Shown here one piece after another: positions 41,073 through 51,689 of a DNA stretch of 64,000 bases (its first letter is position 1; each line of letters opens with the position of its first letter). Location: NCBI GenBank assembly GCA_937625935.1, contig OW569363.1, forward strand, positions 62,001 through 126,000, read 5' to 3'. This DNA comes from Tetramitus jugosus. Taxonomy: Eukaryota; Protista; Heterolobosea. The notes beneath the pieces were generated by a model, which worked only from the letters and a program-made list of their open reading frames with translations, was not told where the DNA came from and did no database searches. A program made the position numbers and the translations under genes.

Positions 41073-43673
41073 TCAGCAGGAGCCAGCAGACTTTGGTTTC
41101 AAAGTAGTGCCACAACAGTTGAAGATATCAGGGTTGTAGCAAGCAGTACCGCAGCGCTTGGTGCCAGTAGCACAGAGCATGCCGTCGTAACATCCGAACA
41201 CATTAGGATTGTAACATGCTCCACCGCAACAATTGTAGCCAGTTTGACATTTCACATTGGTGCACTTGGTGTCAGTAGTTGTTCCACCACCAGAGCAAGT
41301 TCCCTTCGCTGCGACGGTGTTACCAGAGCAGCACTCATAGGTGTCTGTATTGTAACATGCGTTTCCACAGGCCGCTGTTCCACTTCCACATCCACAACCA
41401 GAAGGTGATGGAGATGGAGTAGGGGTAGGGGTAGGAGAAGGAGAAGGAGATGGTGTGGGTGTAGGAGTTGGTGATGGAGAGGGAGATGGAGTAGGAGTAA
41501 CACTACCAGGACTATCAATATCTGCGAACGGAGAGGTTCTCTTGGCTTGACCTTGAGGTCTAGAATACAACCAATAGAGTGTGTTGGTCTTCGTGTTACC
41601 GTCATCGTATCCAGTGAGACCGTTCACAAGAGAAGCAGCACCAGAGAAATCAATAGTGGACTGAGCAAGGTAGAGTAAGCCTTTCCATGAATCAACAGAC
41701 GCCGAGTTGGAGTAGCAAGTGGAGAATACTGGATAACTCTCCTTGATCCAATCAGAAGTGACATAATCGTCCGTAATAGGAGTATAAGGTAACATTTGAA
41801 TACCATGAATGTACTCGACGTTCAATCCAAAGAATGTTGCATAATCGACCTTAGTTTCCCAAAGAACACCAACACACTTGTTTGGAGCATACACTGGATC
41901 ATAGATATCGTTCTTTGTTGTCACGTGCCAGTACATTTTGGCAGAACGGATCTCAGTTGCTAAAAGAATACGACCCACATTCATCATGTTGGTATCTTGG
42001 TACACGAGACCCAACAAGTAGAGACCGTAGTAGGCGTTGATAGCCTCAGATGTCGATTCCTGATTTCTAGAGTCAGCAAATGTGAACAAACCAGCAGCGA
42101 ATGAGTGACCAACGAACCAGTCCTTGGTTCTCAGCTTTGTATAGTATGGATCACTGTCACTTGGATTGGCATAGTCTCTTGCAATTTCGTACAGTTTTTG
42201 CTTCATTTGTGCACCCCATGCAGCATCCTTCTTGATGATTGCTGCTGCAGCGTACAAGAAGTATCCATAATGGAAATGATGATCATTGTAGTAGTACATT
42301 CCAAAGTCACAGGCAACACAACCAACAGAGTTCTTACTCACTAATCCACCATAGGTAATTTCATAGAGCAACTGGTTGTCCATATTGATACCTCCACCAC
42401 CTACGCCATTGATCCATTGTTGCAAGTAAGTTTTCATATTGGTTCTCACTTTGGTAGCAATGGCACTCTGTCCAAACTCATCGGCAATCACAGCCAAACG
42501 ACCGAGACGAGCCACAGCTTTACCACCAAAGTAAGGATCCATGGGTGTAGGAATCGAGTTCTGATCAGCAGTTAACGCAGTTTGGATGGCTTGCTTATAT
42601 GTGTCCGGAATTTGATATCGACTTTGGAAACCGACATCGTTGACCAAGCTCTCCAGTAGAGTCCATTGATCACCAACAATAGCAACGTTACTTCCTTTGA
42701 TACTTCTCAGTGTAAGAGCAGACAACATTTGAGGGTTCGTAGTGCTCATCATATCCCTGTGGTGAGGCAATGTGAACATTATAAGGTTATCAGTGCCCTT
42801 CTTGGTGAATGCGAACTTGATGGTTGCTGTATCACCACTCACAGAATAGGTCACATGTCCAGTGTATGGATATGTGTTTCTGTATTGGTCGAAAATGGTT
42901 TCATGGGTGGCGTCGTTCAAGATGGCAACTCGGAGGACACCAGTGAATGTGTTTGTCGCAATCAGAGATGTCAATCCAGAAACAGTCCATGACACCGAAG
43001 CAGAAGTATAGACCAACCATGTTTGACCATTGCTCAACTTTACCTTAAACTTGTCTCCAGTGATGGGTCCAGAGGCAGAGTTGACACTAATTCCATTCAC
43101 TTCTGTAAATGCATGTACAGTACTGAGGAGAGGAGTGAGACCCTTGTATTCAACAGTGTGGTAGGTTTGACCTCTGACAATAGGACTTTCCATGTACTTG
43201 TTGCTTCCATCAGTGGCCGCAGAGATTCTGGTCAGAACGGACAGGTCGTCGTGAGACATGACCTTTCTTCCGCCCATGGGTTCCTTTGCTCCCACAATTA
43301 TATCATTCAAGTAGGCACTGACCTGATAGAGGTTACTGACCGCATACTTAGGATAACAAACGGCAAAGTATCCACTGTCAGTGTTCACGTAAATGATGTA
43401 GGGATATGTGGCAATAGGACCGAAACCAGGCAACACCAAGTTAATCCACCAAGTGTTAGTTGGATAGGGTCTCTTGTAGCTGGGACCCCAGAATGTGTTG
43501 TTTGAAACAGGAATGGAATGCTCTCCAGTAGTAGTCTTGTAGACGCTAGCAGTTGTGGCAAAAGGATCTCCGAGAGCACCCAATGCTCCCATGGCGAACA
43601 TGAGCAAGAGTCCGGAGAGAAGAACTGAGATAATGGCAGTCCTTGTGGATAAAGATGAGATGAACGATTTCAT
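41073..43673 (-). CDS. Secreted GH81 endo-1,3-beta-glucanase with PT/PS linker and C-terminal Cys-rich CBM52-like repeats
   Basis: PTNTWW, YNDHHFHYGYF, RNQESTSEA and HGIQMLP; (TP/SP)n linker; three CGxACY..Y/F.C repeats. Confidence 0.93.
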   Translation of the reverse strand: MKSFISSLSTRTAIISVLLSGLLLMFAMGALGALGDPFATTASVYKTTTGEHSIPVSNNTFWGPSYKRPYPTNTWWINLVLPGFGPIATYPYIIYVNTDSGYFAVCYPKYAVSNLYQVSAYLNDIIVGAKEPMGGRKVMSHDDLSVLTRISAATDGSNKYMESPIVRGQTYHTVEYKGLTPLLSTVHAFTEVNGISVNSASGPITGDKFKVKLSNGQTWLVYTSASVSWTVSGLTSLIATNTFTGVLRVAILNDATHETIFDQYRNTYPYTGHVTYSVSGDTATIKFAFTKKGTDNLIMFTLPHHRDMMSTTNPQMLSALTLRSIKGSNVAIVGDQWTLLESLVNDVGFQSRYQIPDTYKQAIQTALTADQNSIPTPMDPYFGGKAVARLGRLAVIADEFGQSAIATKVRTNMKTYLQQWINGVGGGGINMDNQLLYEITYGGLVSKNSVGCVACDFGMYYYNDHHFHYGYFLYAAAAIIKKDAAWGAQMKQKLYEIARDYANPSDSDPYYTKLRTKDWFVGHSFAAGLFTFADSRNQESTSEAINAYYGLYLLGLVYQDTNMMNVGRILLATEIRSAKMYWHVTTKNDIYDPVYAPNKCVGVLWETKVDYATFFGLNVEYIHGIQMLPYTPITDDYVTSDWIKESYPVFSTCYSNSASVDSWKGLLYLAQSTIDFSGAASLVNGLTGYDDGNTKTNTLYWLYSRPQGQAKRTSPFADIDSPGSVTPTPSPSPSPTPTPTPSPSPSPTPTPTPSPSPSGCGCGSGTAACGNACYNTDTYECCSGNTVAAKGTCSGGGTTTDTKCTNVKCQTGYNCCGGACYNPNVFGCYDGMLCATGTKRCGTACYNPDIFNCCGTTLKPKSAGSC

Positions 43674-44977
43674 GGTTCGTCACTTGTTACTTGTTTTCTT
43701 ACAGGGTGTTGGATTGGGATCTTGACTTCAAATAATATAGCAATCGGGACTATAGAGGTACAGATAGAGCTAAAGGCTTAGATCTGGCAGAAATATCTTG
43801 TGTTATGTTTTGTGTAATTCCTGGAATCGGTTTGACCTTCAAAGAATTTAAATTGTGACAAGGTTGTATTCGGAGTTTAAGGATTACCGGTCCGGATCAA
43901 TCCAATAAAATTGTAAGGAGATTCCCTCGAATCTTGAGAGATGTCCAAAGGGCAAAAGATCCCTCATTTGACAGTAGACTTCAAAGAAAAACTCGCCTTG
44001 AGTTCCTTAAGGATCTTATGGACCATTCCATTGTGTTATGAAAGGGCCATTGATTCATACAGAACAAAATTGATTTCGGGTGGCATGACAACAACGATTC
44101 TTCGTTATACCCAATCTCTAACTAGAAGCAAGAAACTGATCTGTAGTGCGTTCAATATTCAGTTGAACCACTATAACCCCTTATCTACTGTTCAATTACA
44201 GCTTGACACTGATATTATCCAATAGTGGAAAGTCCTCCGGACAACACCAACATCGCACCATCGAGAAGGAAGAATTGACAATTTCATCCCGAGAGATGGA
44301 ACAAGAACACTTCTCCAGGAATGTAAATGGCCTAAAAAGTGCAACTCGCTTAATGAGAGACTCTCTTTTGTGCCTTGGCTATCGCAACGCCATCCAATAT
44401 TTCCCCGATCTAGTTCTTCTTGTGTCAAGAGGTTATTTTTGTGGTATCCACAAGCAAATTGTGCTGCAATGCAACAAACCAAGCAGCCCAAGAACGCCAA
44501 ATTATCGCACTGTTGAAAGCCAGTGCCTCTATTCGGCTCCAAAAAAACCCATTCTCCCGATCAGGCATGTTGATTTTCGAACCAAATGACATACTCTTGG
44601 CCGTGTTCCTGTTTTAATCATTGTCAAAGTATCGCCTGGCAAGGCGTGTGCACGTAGACCAATTCAGACAACCCTTAAAGCACACAACACAACAACACAG
44701 CTTACATTCAAAGAAGAAACAGCACCTTCATCATCCTCCTCCCAAAAGTCTCAACAGAATAGCCATATCAAACAGAACTCTGCTCTCTGTGTGCTTTTCA
44801 ATCATCGGATATCACCCAACATCCATCAATAGAGGAGATCATCAACAACACCTATTGAAAAAAGAGAGATCAAGCAACAACTTCTCTTCTTTTTTTAAAA
44901 CAATTTATTACTCACCCAACAACAACAACAACAAAATTATTTATTCCTACACTAAGTAGAGCTCTAATACAACAACA

Positions 44978-47900
44978 ATGTCAAATAACGACAACCAAAA
45001 AGCTCTGCCGAAGTTGCCACCAAAAAGTTCCGCAACAACATCAAGCAACCGCAATGCTTCATCATCTACAGCAAGAAACACAACAACAAATACAACAATA
45101 GCTTCTTCGTCTTCTTCTTCTTCTCAAATTGAAGAAGTTGTTTCCTTGGAGGAAGAGAACAAGGGTGGAGCCAATCCAAACAACAAGAATGCTCCCTTGC
45201 CTCAACCACCAAGTGCCAGCAGACCTCAATTGCCTCCAAAGAACAACATTCTGGTTCCAGAAGCTGTTTCTGCTTCAGTGTCAGCTTCCGTTCTAGCACT
45301 GGCCAGTTCGAGCAACAATGATGACCCTGATGACTATGACAGCGAATTCAAGATTCTTTGCTCCAAAGAACAATTGATTAATGAACTACTGGCAAAGATC
45401 AATAGTGAAATCTGGGGCTTCCAGAAGCAAATGGACATCAAGAGCAGACAACACTTGAAAAATCTGTTGTTGGACATGTGGAGTAAACACAAGAATAGTG
45501 GTGCTCCAAACAACAAGAAGAAACCTCTGGGGAAGAAGAAGAGGAAGACGAGAGAACAAGTCGATAAAATGTTGAGGAAACAATTGGCTGCATCCGTGCA
45601 CAAGTGCTTTGAAGAAATGATGTACGAGTATGGCAAGTGGTGTGCTGTCGCTCGCCGAAAGAACAGAATTGCTAGCACTACGGAAGAAAAAGCAACCGCG
45701 ATGCTGTTGCTACTAACAGTATTTACAGAGATTGATTTGGTTCGTGCTCAAAATCACACCTGTCAATTACTATTTCACTTGGCTTACAAGTGCCATCTCC
45801 ATTTGAAGAAAAATGCTGCTGTGGGAGCTCCATTTACTCGTGTGGACAAGGCAGCAAAGAAAGGAAAAAAGGACGACGCCAACAGCACAGAGAATCCAGA
45901 GAAGCCATTGTTTGTGAGACAACCAATCTCTTCTATTGCTCAAGCTGTTGTCCGCGAGGCCAAGTACTGCTATGAAATGGCCAAGGTGTTCTTTAATAAG
46001 AACGCACTCAATCAGGAGTTCTTTGATTGGGATGACCTGAACGATTTGTGTTGGACTCCTGGCTTCGTTCAAACTTTTTTCAAAAGGAAGACCAAGGAGA
46101 GTATTTATTCCATTGGAGGTTTTGAATCTGCTTTCAGAATGAGACAGTGGCCTCATTTGAATCAAGTGTTACTTTTCAACGTAGAGAATGGGACCAGTGG
46201 TCAAATGCCAAAGCTACTGCACGAACAAAAGGCGCAGTTCAATACTGAAAAGACAAAGTTCACTCAAAGATGGAAGACATACACAGATAGAGCTGGAGGA
46301 TGGCTTGGAATCAAGGGTTACATTACCTTCTTTTTGAACTTTTATCCTCCTATTTACTATCAATTGTTGTGTATGGCTATTGCATTTGGTTGGTTGTTTA
46401 ATTTCAAATTCTTTACGAATGACCCAGAACTGGGGCTGGTATTGAATTACATAGCTCTCGGCGTCACAGGAGCGCCACTTGTATTGGCTGGATTGTATTT
46501 TGTTTGGAGTTTGTTGTTTCATTTTTGGATCAAACCGAGCATATGGCATCCCTATCGGTTCTCAATCCCTCGAAGAGATACCCTCAACTCTAAGCCTCAA
46601 AGATTGTTCGCATGGTGTGACTTTGTGAATATTATTCCGAATCATATTATGAAGTTGTTCCACAGGCATCACATCTATTCAATGATTGCAATTGCTGGAT
46701 TAACTGCGACCTATATTGTTATCATGAGATGGGTGATCTTTCAGTCTGTCGACAGTATTACTACTAGAGTGTTAAAGATTGCAAATGGTTTGATAGATGG
46801 AACTCTGAATCCAACGAATCAGCAAATGTCCAACATTGTGATCACATTTATTGGTTATGGGTTGCTCTGGGTGAGTATTCTGTTCGTTTGCTCTATCATG
46901 CCCCCAATTTTGTTCAGTGTGTGGGCCGGTATCTTCGGCTTCATCAAAGGGTGGTGGGTAGGTGCCAACAGGATTAAAACCTGGAAACAAATGGTAGCAC
47001 ACATTGAAAAGGATGCTCTGCTTCAAAACTTTAAGAAGAAGCTCCTGGCTGAAAGTTCCAACATTAAGAATGACCAAGAAAGAGATGTTGTCGAAGCCAA
47101 GTGGGCATTCGTTTGGAATTCTATCATTGACGACTTTTATGAGAATCATCAATGCTCTCGATCTGAAAAGAATCGCTTGAGCTATAAGCTGGCGCCAGTG
47201 ACAGAACAAGAAATGGAGACTCATGACTTCAAGTGGAAGGTGGTAGATATGCCTGACTTGGATTTGAGACCCACGTGCTCTGATATGGCATATCACTTGA
47301 TCCGTTTCATCAACAATATGTACCAAAATATGCCCTGTGACAATGTTAGAGTCATGGACATGAAGAGACTGTGTATTGTGACTCCAGTTTATAGAGAAAA
47401 GATTTTCTACTCGTGGGAAGAATTGGTTGAAACGAGTAAAACCAGTCAAAGTTTCCTCCGATGTTTGATCACCAAGTACCCTCATGATTGGAGAAATTTC
47501 AAGGATAAGGAATTCCAAGAGGATACTAGATTGAAGAAAACCATTGAATATATTGAAGACAAGGTTATGAGCGGTTCGAATATCAATAGGATATCCAGCA
47601 GTTCCAAGATTACTGTCACTCCTCACTTGATTAAGTTAATTCAGAGTTGGGCTTCCCAAAGATTCCAACCTGTAAGTAGAACAATCAAAGGATTCATGAA
47701 GTTACCAAAATCTCTCTCGTTGCTTCTTAAGTTGCAAAATCCAGAGTTGAGCGATGAACAAGTGAGAACCATTGTTAGACAAAAGTTCTGTTACATGATC
47801 GGAGCACAGTTGTACGATGAAACAGTCTGGAAAGCAGCCACTGGATATGAAAGATTGCCAAATGATACTATGAAGAGAGAGAATGAAATTGAATACAAAG

Positions 47901-50689
47901 ATTATGTAGAGGGACTGAATTACTTGGGTCGAACAGTGGGTGACAACATGTTGAAAATTGCCTATGTTAAGCAAGTCAAAGTGATGAAGGAGAACAGCAA
48001 TGAGTTTGAAAAGAAATACAGGGGAGTGTTGACAGTTCATGAAGATGGCGTACCTGTTCATCTGTATGATGTTGAAGCATTTGGTGATTTCTCTCAAGTC
48101 GGACAGGGGAAACCAGCCAATCAAGGATTCATTGCTCAATTTTTCGATGCCAGTTACATTCAGGCTGTCGATTGCAATATGGACAGTACTTTAAGCCAGT
48201 CTTTGTTTGTTCCAAATGTGTTGAAGGAGTTTGATCGTGATAAGCGTGTGAAGATCATTGGTTTCCCTGAATTCATTTTCACTAGCACTTGGTCTCAATT
48301 TGGATATGCTGCAGCTTTCACTGAAAGAGTGTTCGGCTCGATGATTCAAAGAGTGTGGGCAATGATCGGACTTCGCATGCACTACGGTCACCCTGATTTC
48401 CTCCGTGGGCTCTTTGTCATGTTTACCACTGGTATGAGTAAGTTGAGTTATATTTCTGAGGATGTTTTCTTGGGATTTGATACCATTTTGAACAAGGGAA
48501 AGAGTATTCAAGTGGATTACTTTGAAGTGGGTAAGGCAAGAGATGTGGATACTGTGACCACAACGAAATTCAATAGAAAGATTGCTATGGGTGCTGCTCA
48601 GTTGGCTTGCAGTCGATACCCTCACACAATGCTCACTAGTAGACATTTGACCTTCTCTGATAAGTTACTGTTCTGCTACTCCGTACTGAGTCACTACAGT
48701 AATACTCTGTTCACAATTTTGGCCATCTTCATTCTGTATACTATCAGATTGGTCATTATGATTCTCATTACGATTATTATGAGTTATGTCAAGGTGCCCC
48801 AAACTGATAACATGTACTTGCAACTCGATATCACCTCTGGTAGCATCTCTCTAGTCGCAGATTCCATGTTCTTGTTCCAGATGGGTATGGCATTGTCCAT
48901 TCCTGGTATTTTCTTTATGATATCGGAAAAGGGACTCACAGGAGGATTGAGAAAATATATTGAGAAGTTGGCTATTCTCTTGATTTACAGTATGTTCCAA
49001 TTGTTGAACATTGGTGTGAGTTTTCACACTGGATTCAAAGAATCTGCAAAGTATATCGCTTCTGGTAGAGGTACGGGGCTGCAGCACAGAACTGGAAGAG
49101 AAGTCTACTCCATATTCAAGAGCACTCATTTTTATCCTGCTGGCTTTATGCTGTTCCTTGTGGCTGTTGGTATCATTACTGGTGGTAGTCCATATTATTT
49201 GGTATTCCATGGTGCTATGATTCTGATTTGGATTCTCAGTCCTACGATCGCTTTGCCTCAACTTCCTTCATTTGCTTCTGCAATTGCCCCATGGAGATCC
49301 GGATATAAGAATGAGCTTAATGCGTTGTCCTTTGAAGAAATGATTGAAAATGGCTCTGTCATGAGTACCCAGAGAGTTCATTGGTTCAATAACAAGAAGG
49401 ATAAGTTTCAGGCTATCTTGGTCGATCGTAGCGGTAGTTCCAATACCCAACTACCTTCTCAAGTGTACCAACCTCTTGATATGCCTGCGATTGAAAAAAT
49501 GAACAAATCATTGGAACGCATGCTCCAAGTGGAGAATAAGAAAATGTTGGAAGCCTTTATCAGAAAGGCCACCAATATCTTTGTACTAGAAGATTCGACT
49601 TCCATGGAAGAAGCTTACAAAGATTGTCAATTGTTGTTGGACCAGCTCTATGAAAACACCTCAGGAATCGATATCCCCAAGCTCGCGTCTCTCTGCAGTG
49701 ACTATCTGCTCTTAAATAAGGAATCGAATCAACATCAAATGATGAGAGAGTTCAAGAAGGGTGATATGGGAAATACCAGAGTGAAGCATGCCTTGTTGGC
49801 TGCATTGGCCCAATATGATCTGTATCCACAATACTGCAAACTTGCTACAATTACGAAGAAGGCCACCGCCAAAGTCGAAGACATCTTAAAGAGAGATGAT
49901 ACATGGAATGGAACTAACCGTCATCTACGATCTGCGATCAGTGAATGTACCCATGAGTTGATCGAGGCTGCTTGTTCCTTTATTCTGGATAACCATCGAG
50001 AATTCCATAAGCTCATGTTCATTCATGATAAATCAGTGAGAGAAGTCAGGCTCAAGACACAACTCCTGTTGTCTGAAATTATAGCCAGTTCATCCTCTAT
50101 TGCCAAGAGATACTTGATTCAGGCTCAAAAGGGCTATCATGAATTTGCTGGTGAAGTCCAACGAAGGAGAGTGTTCTTGTGGCCTAACATGCCTGAAGAC
50201 AGAAGATTAATAATCTTGCTGACACTCCAGAACTCGCTTAACTTTGCGAAAAGACTCACCGAGAGCCGAACCTCTCATGACCACAATCAAGTTTCCTACT
50301 TCAGTGCCGGAGTCAACTCTGGTTCTCAAATTTTGACATGTGATGCCTTCGATGGTGATAATGGTAGCGCCATCTTTGATCAGATGCTCATGCCCATCCA
50401 TTGTCTAATCTCAGATGAGCTGTTGTTCTGTAACTTGTCTGATGCCAAAAGAAAGGAAATTAAGAGTGCAACCAAACACATGCTGGTTACTATGAGCGAA
50501 CAAATGAGAAATGCACTGCTGGATGAATCATTTTTGGAAACTGAAGCTACTTGTCAAGATATGTTCGAGTTAATGGAAGCTGGTCAACATGTGTTGAAGA
50601 AGTACGTCCCTGATGACAACGCAAAGCTGCTGTCTTCTTCCTTGAGCTCTCTTTCGCTCGACAACGATGCCAGTTCTTCGAGAGCCTAA
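44978..50689 (+). CDS. GT48 1,3-beta-glucan synthase (FKS/callose synthase family)
   Basis: DWDDLND, TPVYRE, WASQRFQPVSRT, GKPANQ, MHYGHPDF, SEDVF, VGKARD and YIASGRG, with multiple TM helices. Confidence 0.92.
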   Translation: MSNNDNQKALPKLPPKSSATTSSNRNASSSTARNTTTNTTIASSSSSSSQIEEVVSLEEENKGGANPNNKNAPLPQPPSASRPQLPPKNNILVPEAVSASVSASVLALASSSNNDDPDDYDSEFKILCSKEQLINELLAKINSEIWGFQKQMDIKSRQHLKNLLLDMWSKHKNSGAPNNKKKPLGKKKRKTREQVDKMLRKQLAASVHKCFEEMMYEYGKWCAVARRKNRIASTTEEKATAMLLLLTVFTEIDLVRAQNHTCQLLFHLAYKCHLHLKKNAAVGAPFTRVDKAAKKGKKDDANSTENPEKPLFVRQPISSIAQAVVREAKYCYEMAKVFFNKNALNQEFFDWDDLNDLCWTPGFVQTFFKRKTKESIYSIGGFESAFRMRQWPHLNQVLLFNVENGTSGQMPKLLHEQKAQFNTEKTKFTQRWKTYTDRAGGWLGIKGYITFFLNFYPPIYYQLLCMAIAFGWLFNFKFFTNDPELGLVLNYIALGVTGAPLVLAGLYFVWSLLFHFWIKPSIWHPYRFSIPRRDTLNSKPQRLFAWCDFVNIIPNHIMKLFHRHHIYSMIAIAGLTATYIVIMRWVIFQSVDSITTRVLKIANGLIDGTLNPTNQQMSNIVITFIGYGLLWVSILFVCSIMPPILFSVWAGIFGFIKGWWVGANRIKTWKQMVAHIEKDALLQNFKKKLLAESSNIKNDQERDVVEAKWAFVWNSIIDDFYENHQCSRSEKNRLSYKLAPVTEQEMETHDFKWKVVDMPDLDLRPTCSDMAYHLIRFINNMYQNMPCDNVRVMDMKRLCIVTPVYREKIFYSWEELVETSKTSQSFLRCLITKYPHDWRNFKDKEFQEDTRLKKTIEYIEDKVMSGSNINRISSSSKITVTPHLIKLIQSWASQRFQPVSRTIKGFMKLPKSLSLLLKLQNPELSDEQVRTIVRQKFCYMIGAQLYDETVWKAATGYERLPNDTMKRENEIEYKDYVEGLNYLGRTVGDNMLKIAYVKQVKVMKENSNEFEKKYRGVLTVHEDGVPVHLYDVEAFGDFSQVGQGKPANQGFIAQFFDASYIQAVDCNMDSTLSQSLFVPNVLKEFDRDKRVKIIGFPEFIFTSTWSQFGYAAAFTERVFGSMIQRVWAMIGLRMHYGHPDFLRGLFVMFTTGMSKLSYISEDVFLGFDTILNKGKSIQVDYFEVGKARDVDTVTTTKFNRKIAMGAAQLACSRYPHTMLTSRHLTFSDKLLFCYSVLSHYSNTLFTILAIFILYTIRLVIMILITIIMSYVKVPQTDNMYLQLDITSGSISLVADSMFLFQMGMALSIPGIFFMISEKGLTGGLRKYIEKLAILLIYSMFQLLNIGVSFHTGFKESAKYIASGRGTGLQHRTGREVYSIFKSTHFYPAGFMLFLVAVGIITGGSPYYLVFHGAMILIWILSPTIALPQLPSFASAIAPWRSGYKNELNALSFEEMIENGSVMSTQRVHWFNNKKDKFQAILVDRSGSSNTQLPSQVYQPLDMPAIEKMNKSLERMLQVENKKMLEAFIRKATNIFVLEDSTSMEEAYKDCQLLLDQLYENTSGIDIPKLASLCSDYLLLNKESNQHQMMREFKKGDMGNTRVKHALLAALAQYDLYPQYCKLATITKKATAKVEDILKRDDTWNGTNRHLRSAISECTHELIEAACSFILDNHREFHKLMFIHDKSVREVRLKTQLLLSEIIASSSSIAKRYLIQAQKGYHEFAGEVQRRRVFLWPNMPEDRRLIILLTLQNSLNFAKRLTESRTSHDHNQVSYFSAGVNSGSQILTCDAFDGDNGSAIFDQMLMPIHCLISDELLFCNLSDAKRKEIKSATKHMLVTMSEQMRNALLDESFLETEATCQDMFELMEAGQHVLKKYVPDDNAKLLSSSLSSLSLDNDASSSRA

Positions 50690-50807
50690 TGTAAATTTGA
50701 GAACATCAATAAAACCATCAATACAATACCTACGGCAAACTCGAAAAACCAAAACTTCCATACCATAGGAATGATTTGAATCTCCCTTCGGATTCAGAAG
50801 GAAAAAA

Positions 50808-50880
50808 CTCCCATACCGGGACTCGAACCCGGGTCTCATGGGTGAGAGCCATGTATCCTAACCAACTAGACTATATGGGA
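50808..50880 (-). tRNA. tRNA-Glu(CTC), intronless
   Basis: Reverse complement TCCCATA...CATGG-CT-CTC-AC-CCATG-AGAC-CCGGG-TTCGAGT-CCCGG-TATGGGA-G, followed by a T6 terminator. Confidence 0.95.
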
Positions 50881-51251
50881 TATATACATAAAGAAAAATC
50901 CGTAGTATTTGTGCGATTCGGTCCCGGTCGCAAATTTTGTTCTTTTCGGGTGCGGTTATTCCCATGCCACCGGAACAGCCGAATCTCTACATCCAATGTT
51001 GGAGCAAAATTCAGAGACACTTTATTGGCGACTATCGATTATAGTCGCATTGCGCGCACTTTCAATGGTGCGCTTGTTACCGTGAGAAGTGCATCTTCTT
51101 CTTCCTCATCCTCTTCTAGCTCACACACAGCACTGTCTCCCATGCTACTTTGCAAAAGCTCACACTTACTCAATCCATCTCTATCTCTCTATCTCTCTAT
51201 CTCTCTAAAAAGAGATGCGTAAAAAAATCAATCGAATGATTCCAAAAAATT

Positions 51252-51509
51252 CTATTCTTCTTCGCATTCGTATTCTTGTTCTTCTTCTTCTTCTTCGTCT
51301 TCTTCTAGTTCCAAATTCTGAAAATCATCAGGATCATAAATCACACGAATGACAAGGGAACAACTGGGACACTTTCCAATCTCACATCCCTCTGATAATT
51401 CTTCCAATGTGATTTGAAACAGGTCACCACATGGGCATGCATAGGTGTATGTGCCTGTTTCTTCATTGAATTCCATGTCTTCAATCTCTACTTCATCATA
51501 GTATGACAT
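51252..51509 (-). CDS. DPH3: Diphthamide biosynthesis protein 3 (CSL zinc finger)
   Basis: YDEVEIEDM..YACPCGDLF..CPSCSLVIRVIY. Confidence 0.95.
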   Translation of the reverse strand: MSYYDEVEIEDMEFNEETGTYTYACPCGDLFQITLEELSEGCEIGKCPSCSLVIRVIYDPDDFQNLELEEDEEEEEEQEYECEEE

Positions 51510-51689
51510 TTTTTTTGTTGTTGTTATTGGTGTTATATTGTTGATATGTTTGTTGTTTGACTTCTATTTCGTGGCTACTTTTTGAAGTGGAAAAATAAGT
51601 GCGCGAAAAAGGTTATGGTGAGCGGGAAAATAAGTGTGAATTTTTTCGTCTTGTGTGAAATGGTTGTGGAGTTCGCTTGTTTGCTGGAA

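Noticed and set aside
43941-44617. Several 65-128 aa ORFs in the glucanase/synthase spacer
   Set aside because: Overlapping on both strands, mostly non-ATG starts, no recognisable domain. A decayed gene cannot be excluded.
46772-47626. 284-aa antisense ORF, and many other shadow ORFs within long genes
   Set aside because: They are antisense to well-supported CDSs, lack motifs, and are explained by codon bias.
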